The notes below the pieces were generated by a model. It had not been told where the DNA came from and did not search any database. It worked only from the letters and a program-made list of their open reading frames with translations. DNA of 31,268 bases. It comes from Candidatus Micrarchaeota archaeon (GTDB lineage Archaea > Micrarchaeota > Micrarchaeia > Anstonellales > Bilamarchaeaceae). Shown piece by piece: positions 24,249 through 31,268 of the stretch. Each line of letters begins with the position of its first letter. Position 1 is the stretch's first letter. The translations under genes were made by a program, and so were the position numbers. Location of the stretch: positions 1 to 31,268 of the forward strand of contig JBFMCO010000004.1 in the NCBI GenBank assembly GCA_040754495.1, written 5' to 3'.

Positions 24249-26765
24249 ATGTGCAACTTATACCTCGAAGGCACGAGGGCCATCGTCGACCTCGCCAAAT
24301 GCCCCTACGAGTTCGCCTCCCCCGAATTCCTGAACCTGCACCTCAAAGACCTCTCGACCACCGAGTCCCCCATCAAGACCATAAGATATGAAGAGGAGAT
24401 AGTGGTTGAGCTGGATGAAGGAAAGACCGCCATCCTCACCCAGTATGCGGCCTTCATCAGGCAGCTCGAGACGATACTTCTGCGCGACGACATATACGGG
24501 CTGAAGCAGGACCCCGCCTACGACAACCGCAGGAAGGTCCTCAAGAGGTTCTATGAGTACGTGTTCCTGAATCCGCTTCTTGCCGCGAACGAGCTCGCCG
24601 GGTACGATGAGCCCGAGCCTGAGAAGAACATATATGTGAAAGGCTACCAGACCTACAAGGCGTGGGTGGCAGGCATCCTCAAGAGATACACGTCCACCAA
24701 GCTGTATGATCTCGTGAAGACGACCGGGGATTTGCGCGCGGCATTCCTGGAGCTCGTCGGCCTCAAGACGCTCTACTTCGTCCCGTCGCTCGTGCTCGGC
24801 ATCCCAAAGGATGCCGTTCCCGTCAAGGGCCCTGACGCGAGCTACTCGCTCCCTTACGGCGTCCAGGTCCAGATATACGAGATACCCGGGGCTGAGGCCT
24901 ACCTGTACGTCCAGGAGAACAGGTCCATAGAGGCCCTCTCGCCGGAGCTGAACAAGCTCCTGAAGTCCACCATAAACGAGCAGTTCAAGGAGCAGTTCAT
25001 GAACGTGGACTGGGACATCCTCATGCAGCTCAAGACGAGGGAGTTCCGCCAGTTTTTCATAGACAGGGCCATGATTGACGGCATAGCGATAACGCCCCAG
25101 CAGGCGATGGCAATGGGCCGCGAGTGCGCGGCGTGGGTCGTCGGCCTCGGAGCGCACATAGAGAACCTCTCGCTCGACAAGGAGAACGTGACGGACATCT
25201 ACATAGACAGCGAGAACTCGCCGATATACATCGAGCACAGGAAGTACGGCCTCTGCCACACGCTATTCAGGTACAACCGGGACCTCCTCGAGCGCTCCTT
25301 CAGGAACATCGTCTACACTCTCAGGGGCACGAGGAAATTCGACGAGAGCAACCCCATCGTGGACGTCGTGCTGAAAAGGCTGACCATGAGGTGCCACCTC
25401 CAGAGGCCCCCGGCGACCTTCGGTGAGCTGCAGTCCGCGCTGAGAATCATGAAGGAGGAGCCGTTCACGTACGCGCAGTACCTCAACTACAACTCCTTCA
25501 CGCCGTTCTTCGCCGGCTACGACGACACGATGGTAACCCTCGGATGCTCGGAAGCCGTGCTCGGCCTGAAAGGCGTCGGAAAGACGTCCTTCACCGCTGC
25601 AAAGATAACCTCGATAGGCACCCGCAGGAGGATAATACCGGTGCAGGACATCGAGGAGATTCCGGTCCGCGCGTTCAGGAAGAGGGGCTTCCACATAGGC
25701 GCCGCGAGGGTGCAGAGCTCGGACGTTGAGGAGGCCACCACCAAGGAGCTCGACCTGGTCACGATGGCGAACGCCCTCCTGCGTATGGGCGATGCCGCGC
25801 TGATAATCAACGAGGTGCGCTCGCGCGTGGCCGTGCAGGGCATAATCAACCTGCTGAACACCCAGCCGGGCGTGTTCCTGCTCTACAACCTGCACGCGGA
25901 GTCGCTCCGCGACATCCAGGACAGGCTGGAGCTGGTTTTCGGCCTGCCGGCCGCGAGCATGTACGCTACAGACCGCTACAGCTTCCTCAAGAAGGTCCGC
26001 TTCGGGCGCAAGGGCCGCATATACCGCGTGCTCGGCTTCGAGTACGAAAGCGACATAGAGGAGAAGAAGTTCGTGGAGATATTCCGCTTCAGGAGGGGCG
26101 ACAGCATAGAAGGCTGCACGTGGGAGGCGAAATTCCTTCGGAACCCCGAGGGCTCCATGTGGGACTTCTCCAAGGTGGACATCAAGAAGCTCCAGAAGGA
26201 GCTGGACATCGCGTTCATACCGCCAGCGCTCGGGAGGAGGGCCGAGGAAACGGGCATATCCCCTGAGCAGTACATACTGCAGGCGTTCTGGAAAGGGAAA
26301 ATGTACTACGACATCTTCAAGCTCAGCCAGCAGATGAACGACAAGCTCATGCTCGAGCTCGATTTCGTCCTCAAGGTGAACACGGCCGCAGGAAGGCTTC
26401 TCGTCTCGATGGAACAGGAGCAGGGGGAGATAGACTTCGGCGAGGCGTGGGAGAAATGGGGGCCGATATTCAAGGAAACCGTCCGCACCGAGCTCGAAAA
26501 AAGAAGGGCTGGCGCTCCTGCCGTCGAAGAGGAGCCGGTCGTCGCCCCGCCTGCCGCGCCGGCAGGCGCAGGAAGGGTCGTGACCGCGGCAGCGCCGCCA
26601 GGAGCCGCTGCGCCTCCGCCTTCATCCCGCGTCGGGGAGGACGTCGAGGAAGAGGAAAAGGGCGGTGAGGACGAAGGCGAAGCGCCGCCCCCGGAGGAGC
26701 CTGAGAGCCTTGCCTCGCTCCGGGAGAAGCTGAGGGCGAAGAAGCTCGGCATCAAGAAGAAATAA
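24249..26765 (+). CDS. Type II/IV secretion-pilus assembly ATPase (VirB11/TadA/ArlI-like), divergent, with long N-terminal region
   Basis: Walker A GLKGVGKT, Asp box QDIEE, Walker B LIINEVR, His box LHAES, and an N2-like region with DIYID and RCHLQRPP. GTTTTAAAAC lies about 25 nt before the ATG, suggesting a leaderless mRNA. Confidence 0.8.
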   Translation: MCNLYLEGTRAIVDLAKCPYEFASPEFLNLHLKDLSTTESPIKTIRYEEEIVVELDEGKTAILTQYAAFIRQLETILLRDDIYGLKQDPAYDNRRKVLKRFYEYVFLNPLLAANELAGYDEPEPEKNIYVKGYQTYKAWVAGILKRYTSTKLYDLVKTTGDLRAAFLELVGLKTLYFVPSLVLGIPKDAVPVKGPDASYSLPYGVQVQIYEIPGAEAYLYVQENRSIEALSPELNKLLKSTINEQFKEQFMNVDWDILMQLKTREFRQFFIDRAMIDGIAITPQQAMAMGRECAAWVVGLGAHIENLSLDKENVTDIYIDSENSPIYIEHRKYGLCHTLFRYNRDLLERSFRNIVYTLRGTRKFDESNPIVDVVLKRLTMRCHLQRPPATFGELQSALRIMKEEPFTYAQYLNYNSFTPFFAGYDDTMVTLGCSEAVLGLKGVGKTSFTAAKITSIGTRRRIIPVQDIEEIPVRAFRKRGFHIGAARVQSSDVEEATTKELDLVTMANALLRMGDAALIINEVRSRVAVQGIINLLNTQPGVFLLYNLHAESLRDIQDRLELVFGLPAASMYATDRYSFLKKVRFGRKGRIYRVLGFEYESDIEEKKFVEIFRFRRGDSIEGCTWEAKFLRNPEGSMWDFSKVDIKKLQKELDIAFIPPALGRRAEETGISPEQYILQAFWKGKMYYDIFKLSQQMNDKLMLELDFVLKVNTAAGRLLVSMEQEQGEIDFGEAWEKWGPIFKETVRTELEKRRAGAPAVEEEPVVAPPAAPAGAGRVVTAAAPPGAAAPPPSSRVGEDVEEEEKGGEDEGEAPPPEEPESLASLREKLRAKKLGIKKK

Positions 26766-26799
26766 GAAGAGCCCGGTCGCATGGCCGGGAACCCGAAAC

Positions 26800-27957
26800 C
26801 TACGGCGCCGCCTTCATGTATTCTTCTATCTTGTCGAACGCCGAATCAAGCTGCTCCGGCTTCGGAAGGAAGACGAGCCTGAATGCCTTGCCTTCCATCC
26901 TCGGCGCGAACCCTGAGCCAGGAACCACGACCACGCCGTGCTTGAGCAGGCCGCGAACGAACTCCACGTCGCTCTTCCACGGCCCCTCGACGTTTATGAA
27001 CGAGTAGAAGGCGCCCTTGGGCGGGGCCATCTTCAGCCCGGGTATTCCCTTCACGCGCTTGACAAGGACGTCCCTGCGCTTCCTGAGCTCGGCGTTGAAG
27101 CTCTTTATGTGCTCATGCGGCCCCTTGATTGCCGCGATGTATGCCCTCTGCATCTCCCAGTTCACGGAAAGGCGCTGGTTGCATAGCCTCTGCACTGCGT
27201 CCTTGACCGGCCCCCATTCCTCCCCGTGGAAAGCGAGGTAGCCGACGCGCGCCCCGGGGTAGATGTAGTTCTTCGAGAGGCTGTTGCCGCACACGACTGG
27301 CACGTCCTTGCACATCTCCCGCATGTGCGGGATTTCGCCGTCAAAAACAAGCTGGTCGTAAACGTCGTCGCTGATAATCGGGAGCTTGCTCTCCCCGGCG
27401 ATGTCTATTATCCCCTGTATGGTTTTGCGGGAATAGACAGCGCCGGTCGGGTTGTTGGGGTTTATCACGAGGATGGCTTTGGTGTACTTGTTGATGTTCT
27501 TCCGCAGGCTGTCCAGGTCGGGCTCGTAGCTCTCGTCGCAGCCGTAGAAGTCCACGGTCCCGTAGCCGATGCGCTCCTTGGTAAGGTAGAGCGGGTAGGT
27601 GGGCGTAGGCAGTATGATGTTCCGGCCCGGGTCCATGAGGGCCTGGAACAGGAAGTCGATGCCCTCGCTGAGGCCTGATGTGACGAACACGTCCTCGGGA
27701 GCGACCTTCTCGTACTCTGCCACTGTCTTTTTCAGCTCCGGGTCGCCATCCGATGGCGCGTAGCCCGAGTAGTCCTGCTTCAGGGCCTCTGCCGCAGCGT
27801 CGAGGATGTGCCGGGGCGGCCGGAACCCGAACGGCGCCGGGTCCCCTATGTTGAGGTAAATCATCTTCGTGCCATTTTTCTCAAGCGCCTTGGCCTCCTG
27901 CACTATGTCCCTGATGGGGTAGGATACGAGTTCGCTTCTCATGGACGGTTCAATCAA
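26800..27957 (-). CDS. PLP-dependent aminotransferase class I/II (alanine/aspartate aminotransferase-like)
   Basis: LNIGDP, INPNNPTGAVY, SDDVY, SLSK (PLP lysine) YPGARVGY, and a terminal FRLVF. AGGTGA RBS before TTG. Confidence 0.93.
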   Translation of the reverse strand: MIEPSMRSELVSYPIRDIVQEAKALEKNGTKMIYLNIGDPAPFGFRPPRHILDAAAEALKQDYSGYAPSDGDPELKKTVAEYEKVAPEDVFVTSGLSEGIDFLFQALMDPGRNIILPTPTYPLYLTKERIGYGTVDFYGCDESYEPDLDSLRKNINKYTKAILVINPNNPTGAVYSRKTIQGIIDIAGESKLPIISDDVYDQLVFDGEIPHMREMCKDVPVVCGNSLSKNYIYPGARVGYLAFHGEEWGPVKDAVQRLCNQRLSVNWEMQRAYIAAIKGPHEHIKSFNAELRKRRDVLVKRVKGIPGLKMAPPKGAFYSFINVEGPWKSDVEFVRGLLKHGVVVVPGSGFAPRMEGKAFRLVFLPKPEQLDSAFDKIEEYMKAAP

Positions 27958-28054
27958 TCAAATCACCTGGAGATGCCTCTCGCTCAATCGTTATTTTTGA
28001 TTCGCCAAGAATGTTTTTATTCGTGTTGATACGTCGTATGACGATATTTTTTGT

Positions 28055-28414
28055 TCATCTCTGCACCGAGAACGTGACTCGCCGCGGGTAGCCGTCATAA
28101 ATCACGGTACGTGCAAGCGCCGCCACCCTCTCGTGGGAAGCCCCGTCCCTGCAGTTCGTGAACTCGATGCCGCTCATGAAAAGGCAAAAGCCGGCCTGTT
28201 CCTGGATGAGTGCCATCTCGGATTCCACATGGGCGCGACGGCTCCCGCCCAGGTCCCGGAGATCCCCCCTGAGATAAAGCACCCGCCAGGCGTCCTCGGC
28301 AAGATGGAGGCGGTAGAGGGAGTCGTCCACCTGGTGGGCTGGGGCGGCAGATAGCGCGAGCGACGCTATGGATGCGAAGAAAAGGAGGGAGAGCATCGCT
28401 TCGATTGTCTGCAT
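28055..28414 (-). CDS. Pilin-like small membrane protein
   Basis: MQTIEAMLSLLFFASIASLAL is a type IV pilin-like N-terminal helix with Glu at +5 counted from Met. Last gene of the cluster. Confidence 0.55.
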   Translation of the reverse strand: MQTIEAMLSLLFFASIASLALSAAPAHQVDDSLYRLHLAEDAWRVLYLRGDLRDLGGSRRAHVESEMALIQEQAGFCLFMSGIEFTNCRDGASHERVAALARTVIYDGYPRRVTFSVQR

Positions 28415-28415
28415 G

Positions 28416-28805
28416 TCAACCGCCGCATACGTAAAGCTTCCGCATCTCCTTTGACGGGCCGGCGACTACCAGGCGATAGATGCACGTCTCATAATCGCCC
28501 TGTGGCTCACCAAGCCCGACATAGAGCTCGCGCAGGCCTTCCTTCTGCCTCAGCGATTCCGCATACCCCTCTCCGAGCACGGACTCGTCAAGCCAGTTCG
28601 GGTAGCGCAGGCCGCCCGCATGGACGGCCGCGCCCTGCTTCACGGTATAATCTGCGGCGGAGACGAGCTTGTCGAACGACTGCTGGCGCTCCAAGGCGTC
28701 CTTCCCATGTTCCGAGAGCGAGGCGGCAGCCTGGGAGAGGATGGAGAGCATGAGAATCATCGGGATTATGCTCAGGAGCGCATCGAGGCTGGCCATTCCC
28801 CGCAT
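28416..28805 (-). CDS. Pilin-like protein with class III signal peptide
   Basis: MRG|MASLDALLSIIPMILML with GGAGG upstream of ATG 28805. The longer track start runs through a heptad repeat. Confidence 0.65.
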   Translation of the reverse strand: MRGMASLDALLSIIPMILMLSILSQAAASLSEHGKDALERQQSFDKLVSAADYTVKQGAAVHAGGLRYPNWLDESVLGEGYAESLRQKEGLRELYVGLGEPQGDYETCIYRLVVAGPSKEMRKLYVCGG

Positions 28806-28825
28806 CCCGCCCGGCCTCCGGCCCC

Positions 28826-28863
28826 CGGTTACGGGTTTCCGGTTTTCGGTTTCGGGTTCTCGG
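28826..28863. repeat. 7-bp tandem repeat between pilin-like genes
   Basis: CCGGTTA CGGGTTT CCGGTTT TCGGTTT CGGGTTC TCGG. Confidence 0.75.
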
Positions 28864-29217
28864 TCATACTGGCTCGGAATCGTCATTTTCGAAAACACCG
28901 CCTATCTCTATGACCTTTCCTTCGTGGGATGAATGGAAGCGGCCCCTTTCCACCGAATAGGAGACGCCCTCTTCCCGAAAATCGAATGTCATCCGCCCGC
29001 CTGCATTATGCATGGCCTCGAGCGCCCGTGCCGCGGCCTCGGCCCTGGATATTTGCTCGAGGTCGTCAGCCTTCCCCCTCAGGCCCTCGTCCATCGAGCG
29101 GAGGGAGGCTGCGATGAGTGAAACGGCCGCCAGGCTCAATGCGAAGACGAGCATGAATTCAATTGTAGCTTGGCCCCTCATGTTTCCGGTTCCCGGTCCC
29201 GCGTTTCCGGTTTTCAT
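28864..29217 (-). CDS. Pilin-like protein with class III signal peptide
   Basis: MRG|QATIEFMLVFALSLAAVSLIAASL is a canonical archaeal class III cleavage motif. ATGA overlap gives a start at 29217; an alternative ATG is at 29181. Confidence 0.8.
   Translation of the reverse strand: MKTGNAGPGTGNMRGQATIEFMLVFALSLAAVSLIAASLRSMDEGLRGKADDLEQISRAEAAARALEAMHNAGGRMTFDFREEGVSYSVERGRFHSSHEGKVIEIGGVFENDDSEPV
29181..29215. repeat. 7-bp tandem repeat at the 5' end of a pilin-like gene
   Basis: TGTTTCC GGTTCCC GGTCCCG CGTTTCC GGTTTTC (encodes KTGNAGPGTGN on the minus strand). Confidence 0.75.
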
Positions 29218-29795
29218 TTGATTACCACCCCTTCCGGAAGCTCAGAGAAGCCGCTAATCCTTAGGCTCTCCGACGAGGCGTCAATCCGCATGGCGCTCCG
29301 CAGGCGCACGGAATCGAGCGCGAAGCCGTTTTTTGCCTCCGGCACCGGCCTTAGCATGGCCTCCGCATCGGCAGGTCCGATTGATATGTCGAAGCCGTCA
29401 CCGAAATCATGGGCGCGAAGAAGGGAGAGGCGCTCCTGCACCCCGGTTTCGGCTGCTGCCCGGGCATCTGACTCCCTGAAGCACATGTCGCATAGGGCCT
29501 TGTCGCAATAGTTCGGCGGGGAGGGGAAAGGGGGCAGGGCGGCCATGCACAAGCCCGGGCAGTGCATGCAGCCGGCGGTGCTGTGCGTTTCGTCGTAATC
29601 CGAAAACCCTTCCTCGGCGCCCTGCCGGATTGCCTCCATCGCGGCCTCTTTGGCATCCATCTGCGCAAGGTACGCCCTTTCGGCAGAGATGGCCTTGGAA
29701 AAGTCGAGCGAAGACGGGGAGCCGGATACCAGCACGGCTGAAAGCAGCGCTGAAGAAGCGAGCAGGACAAGAATAAACGAAAGGTAGCCCCTCAT
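29214..29795 (-). CDS. Pilin-like/secreted protein with class III-like signal and Cys cluster
   Basis: MRG|YLSFILVLLASSALLSAVLV; CMHCPGLC...YCDKALCDMC. Confidence 0.65.
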   Translation of the reverse strand: MRGYLSFILVLLASSALLSAVLVSGSPSSLDFSKAISAERAYLAQMDAKEAAMEAIRQGAEEGFSDYDETHSTAGCMHCPGLCMAALPPFPSPPNYCDKALCDMCFRESDARAAAETGVQERLSLLRAHDFGDGFDISIGPADAEAMLRPVPEAKNGFALDSVRLRSAMRIDASSESLRISGFSELPEGVVIK

Positions 29796-29863
29796 CCATC
29801 CCCCGCGATGACTGGCGCGGGGGCGTTAAAAAAGATTGGCCGGGGCCTTATGTGGAAATCCAC

Positions 29864-30046
29864 TCATTTTACGCGGACCGCGTATGAGCCCACGGCGCTG
29901 ACCGTTATGAGCTTGGCTATCTCGGAGCGCTCGGGGTCGAGTATGACGACCAGGCCAGAGAATTTCTCCGACAGCTCGCCCTGGCATTTCGGGCAGGCCT
30001 TTTCCTTCGTGTGCACGATGTAGCGGCATTCCTTGCATGCGCTCAT
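29864..30046 (-). CDS. spt4: Transcription elongation factor Spt4 (RpoE'')
   Basis: MSACKECRYI...CPKCQG..SEKFSGLVVILDPERSEIAK...GSYAVRVK with a Zn ribbon. ATGA overlap with the rpoE' stop. Confidence 0.95.
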   Translation of the reverse strand: MSACKECRYIVHTKEKACPKCQGELSEKFSGLVVILDPERSEIAKLITVSAVGSYAVRVK

Positions 30047-30612
30047 GACTCTCCCTCCTTCTCCTTCTTTTTCTTGGTCTTCTGCTCCAGCCACTCTGGC
30101 TTGCCGAGGCCGTCAGGCCGCATCGTGAGGCCGATTTTCGTGTCGGCTGAGTTCGACTTCATGCTCACCGTGGAAATCTTCACGATGACCTCGTCTCCTT
30201 TCTTTATGCTGCGCTTCAGGGCCTTCGAGCCGAGCGTCTTGGCCTTCTTGTCGTAATAGAACTTCTCCTTGTCTATCTGGGACACGTGGAGCAGGCCCTG
30301 GAACGGGCCGATTGAGGCGAACGCGCCGAACTCCACGATTTCCTTGATTTCGGCCCGGTAGACCTCGTTCACCATCGGGTAGAACGTCAGGGCCTCGAAC
30401 TGGACCGTGAAATACGCCCCGCTGTCGCCGGGGATTACAAGGCCTTCCGAGAGGACTTTCGCGTTGTCCACGGAAAGCACGATGCCGAGGTCCTTGTAGA
30501 TGCGCCCTTCGTAGCGCTGCCTGAGCAAAGCCTTCACCGCATCCTCGATGTCGCTGCCGAACATCGACGGCGGTACGCGTATCCTGTCCTCAATCGTCTT
30601 GATGAAATACAT
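30043..30612 (-). CDS. rpoE1: DNA-directed RNA polymerase subunit E' (Rpo7)
   Basis: IRVPP, EGRI, IPGDSGAY, and an S1 domain with EIVEFGAFASIGPFQGLLHVSQI and KIGLTMRPDGLGKPEW. GGAGG RBS. Confidence 0.95.
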   Translation of the reverse strand: MYFIKTIEDRIRVPPSMFGSDIEDAVKALLRQRYEGRIYKDLGIVLSVDNAKVLSEGLVIPGDSGAYFTVQFEALTFYPMVNEVYRAEIKEIVEFGAFASIGPFQGLLHVSQIDKEKFYYDKKAKTLGSKALKRSIKKGDEVIVKISTVSMKSNSADTKIGLTMRPDGLGKPEWLEQKTKKKKEKEGES

Positions 30613-30714
30613 AGTCTGCCTCCGTCGTTCGCCCCGGGCATCCTGCCCGGAGAGAGTCTAGCCTGCGGGTTCCGCCGGCGTATATCATTGGCCCGGGGAT
30701 GTTTAAAAGGCTGC

Positions 30715-31268
30715 CTATTTCTTTGCTGCGGGCTTCTCTTTCTTCCGGCTCCTCCAGTAGAGGAAAAGCGCCGCAAGGGCCAGGGCGATGATAAGCAGCC
30801 AGAGGAGCCAGGAATAGTCGCCCTTCGGCGCCTCGGCAGGTTTCTCAGGTTCGGCCGGGGATGATTTTGGCAACGATTTTACTTCTATTACTTTCACGAC
30901 CGTGCCGTTCCTGAGGAGCGCGACGCGGTATGTGCCTTCCTTGTCAAGAGGCAGGACGAAATTTCCCCCGCCATCGGTTTTGCCGGCATATACAGCCCCG
31001 CCCGGTGCGGTAATCTCCACGTCGCACAATGCGCAAGGGCCTTCATCCTCGGTCGCGTTCACGGTCGCGTTGTCGCCCACGAACCCTGTTTCAGGGCCCC
31101 TGAGGTCGCCGCTCACGCAGGCGTTCGCGATGCACAGCTCATCCTGCGGGCAGGACGGGCAGCCGGGCGCATCTCCGCATTCGAAGGGCTCGAGCCCGTG
31201 GTTCCTGATTGTTCCGCAGCCAAGGACAGGCTTGCACTGCCCGCCAGTCTTGCCGCCGGGAATCTGGC
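30715..31268 (-). CDS. Cys-rich surface protein with C-terminal TM anchor (5'-partial)
   Basis: The frame stays open to the window edge (QIPGGKTGGQCKPVLGCG...ECGDAPGCPSCPQDELCIANACVSGD...). It has an Ig/prealbumin-like beta segment, then WLLWLLIIALALAALFLYW and a basic tail. Confidence 0.75.
   Translation of the reverse strand, partial: QIPGGKTGGQCKPVLGCGTIRNHGLEPFECGDAPGCPSCPQDELCIANACVSGDLRGPETGFVGDNATVNATEDEGPCALCDVEITAPGGAVYAGKTDGGGNFVLPLDKEGTYRVALLRNGTVVKVIEVKSLPKSSPAEPEKPAEAPKGDYSWLLWLLIIALALAALFLYWRSRKKEKPAAKK

Noticed and set aside
28829-28867. 12-codon ORF MTENPKPKTGNP coupled by ATGA overlap (possible frameshifted pilin start)
   Set aside because: It is made of heptad repeat, and the downstream pilin has its own GGAGG RBS and intact MRG start at 28805, so no frameshift is needed.
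13009-29215. CRISPR array
   Set aside because: The repeats are 7-bp tandem units or MITE ends, with no 25-45 bp repeats separated by unique spacers and no cas genes.

Overview
GC-rich archaeal DNA, most likely DPANN/Micrarchaeota-like. This assignment is inferred from rpoE'/spt4, archaeal-type secF/secD, GGAGG/GAGGTGA ribosome-binding sites, TTTAAA TATA boxes and a BHB-intron tRNA; no phylogeny was run. Housekeeping genes (secF-secD, a class I/II aminotransferase, spt4, rpoE', VIT1/CCC1) are mixed with a large accessory block. That block holds two tandem membrane Hanks-type Ser/Thr kinases with PEGA domains, two paralogous PP2C/PPM phosphatases (one inside a 1848-aa ORF), a divergent type II/IV secretion-pilus ATPase, four pilin-like genes, and an operon-like run of Pro-rich, coiled-coil and Myxococcus-type Cys-rich-repeat membrane proteins. 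Together these suggest a surface-sensing phosphorylation system possibly coupled to a type IV pilus. Non-coding features absent from the ORF track: a tRNA-Ala(CGC) split by two introns (a 190-nt multi-hairpin intron at 37/38 and a 72-nt BHB intron at 59/60) with an unusual A18/G55 elbow, two copies of a MITE-like element with 14-bp terminal inverted repeats and flanking direct repeats, and a dispersed 7-bp tandem repeat family. Start codons were adjusted by eye where an RBS or gene overlap supported it.
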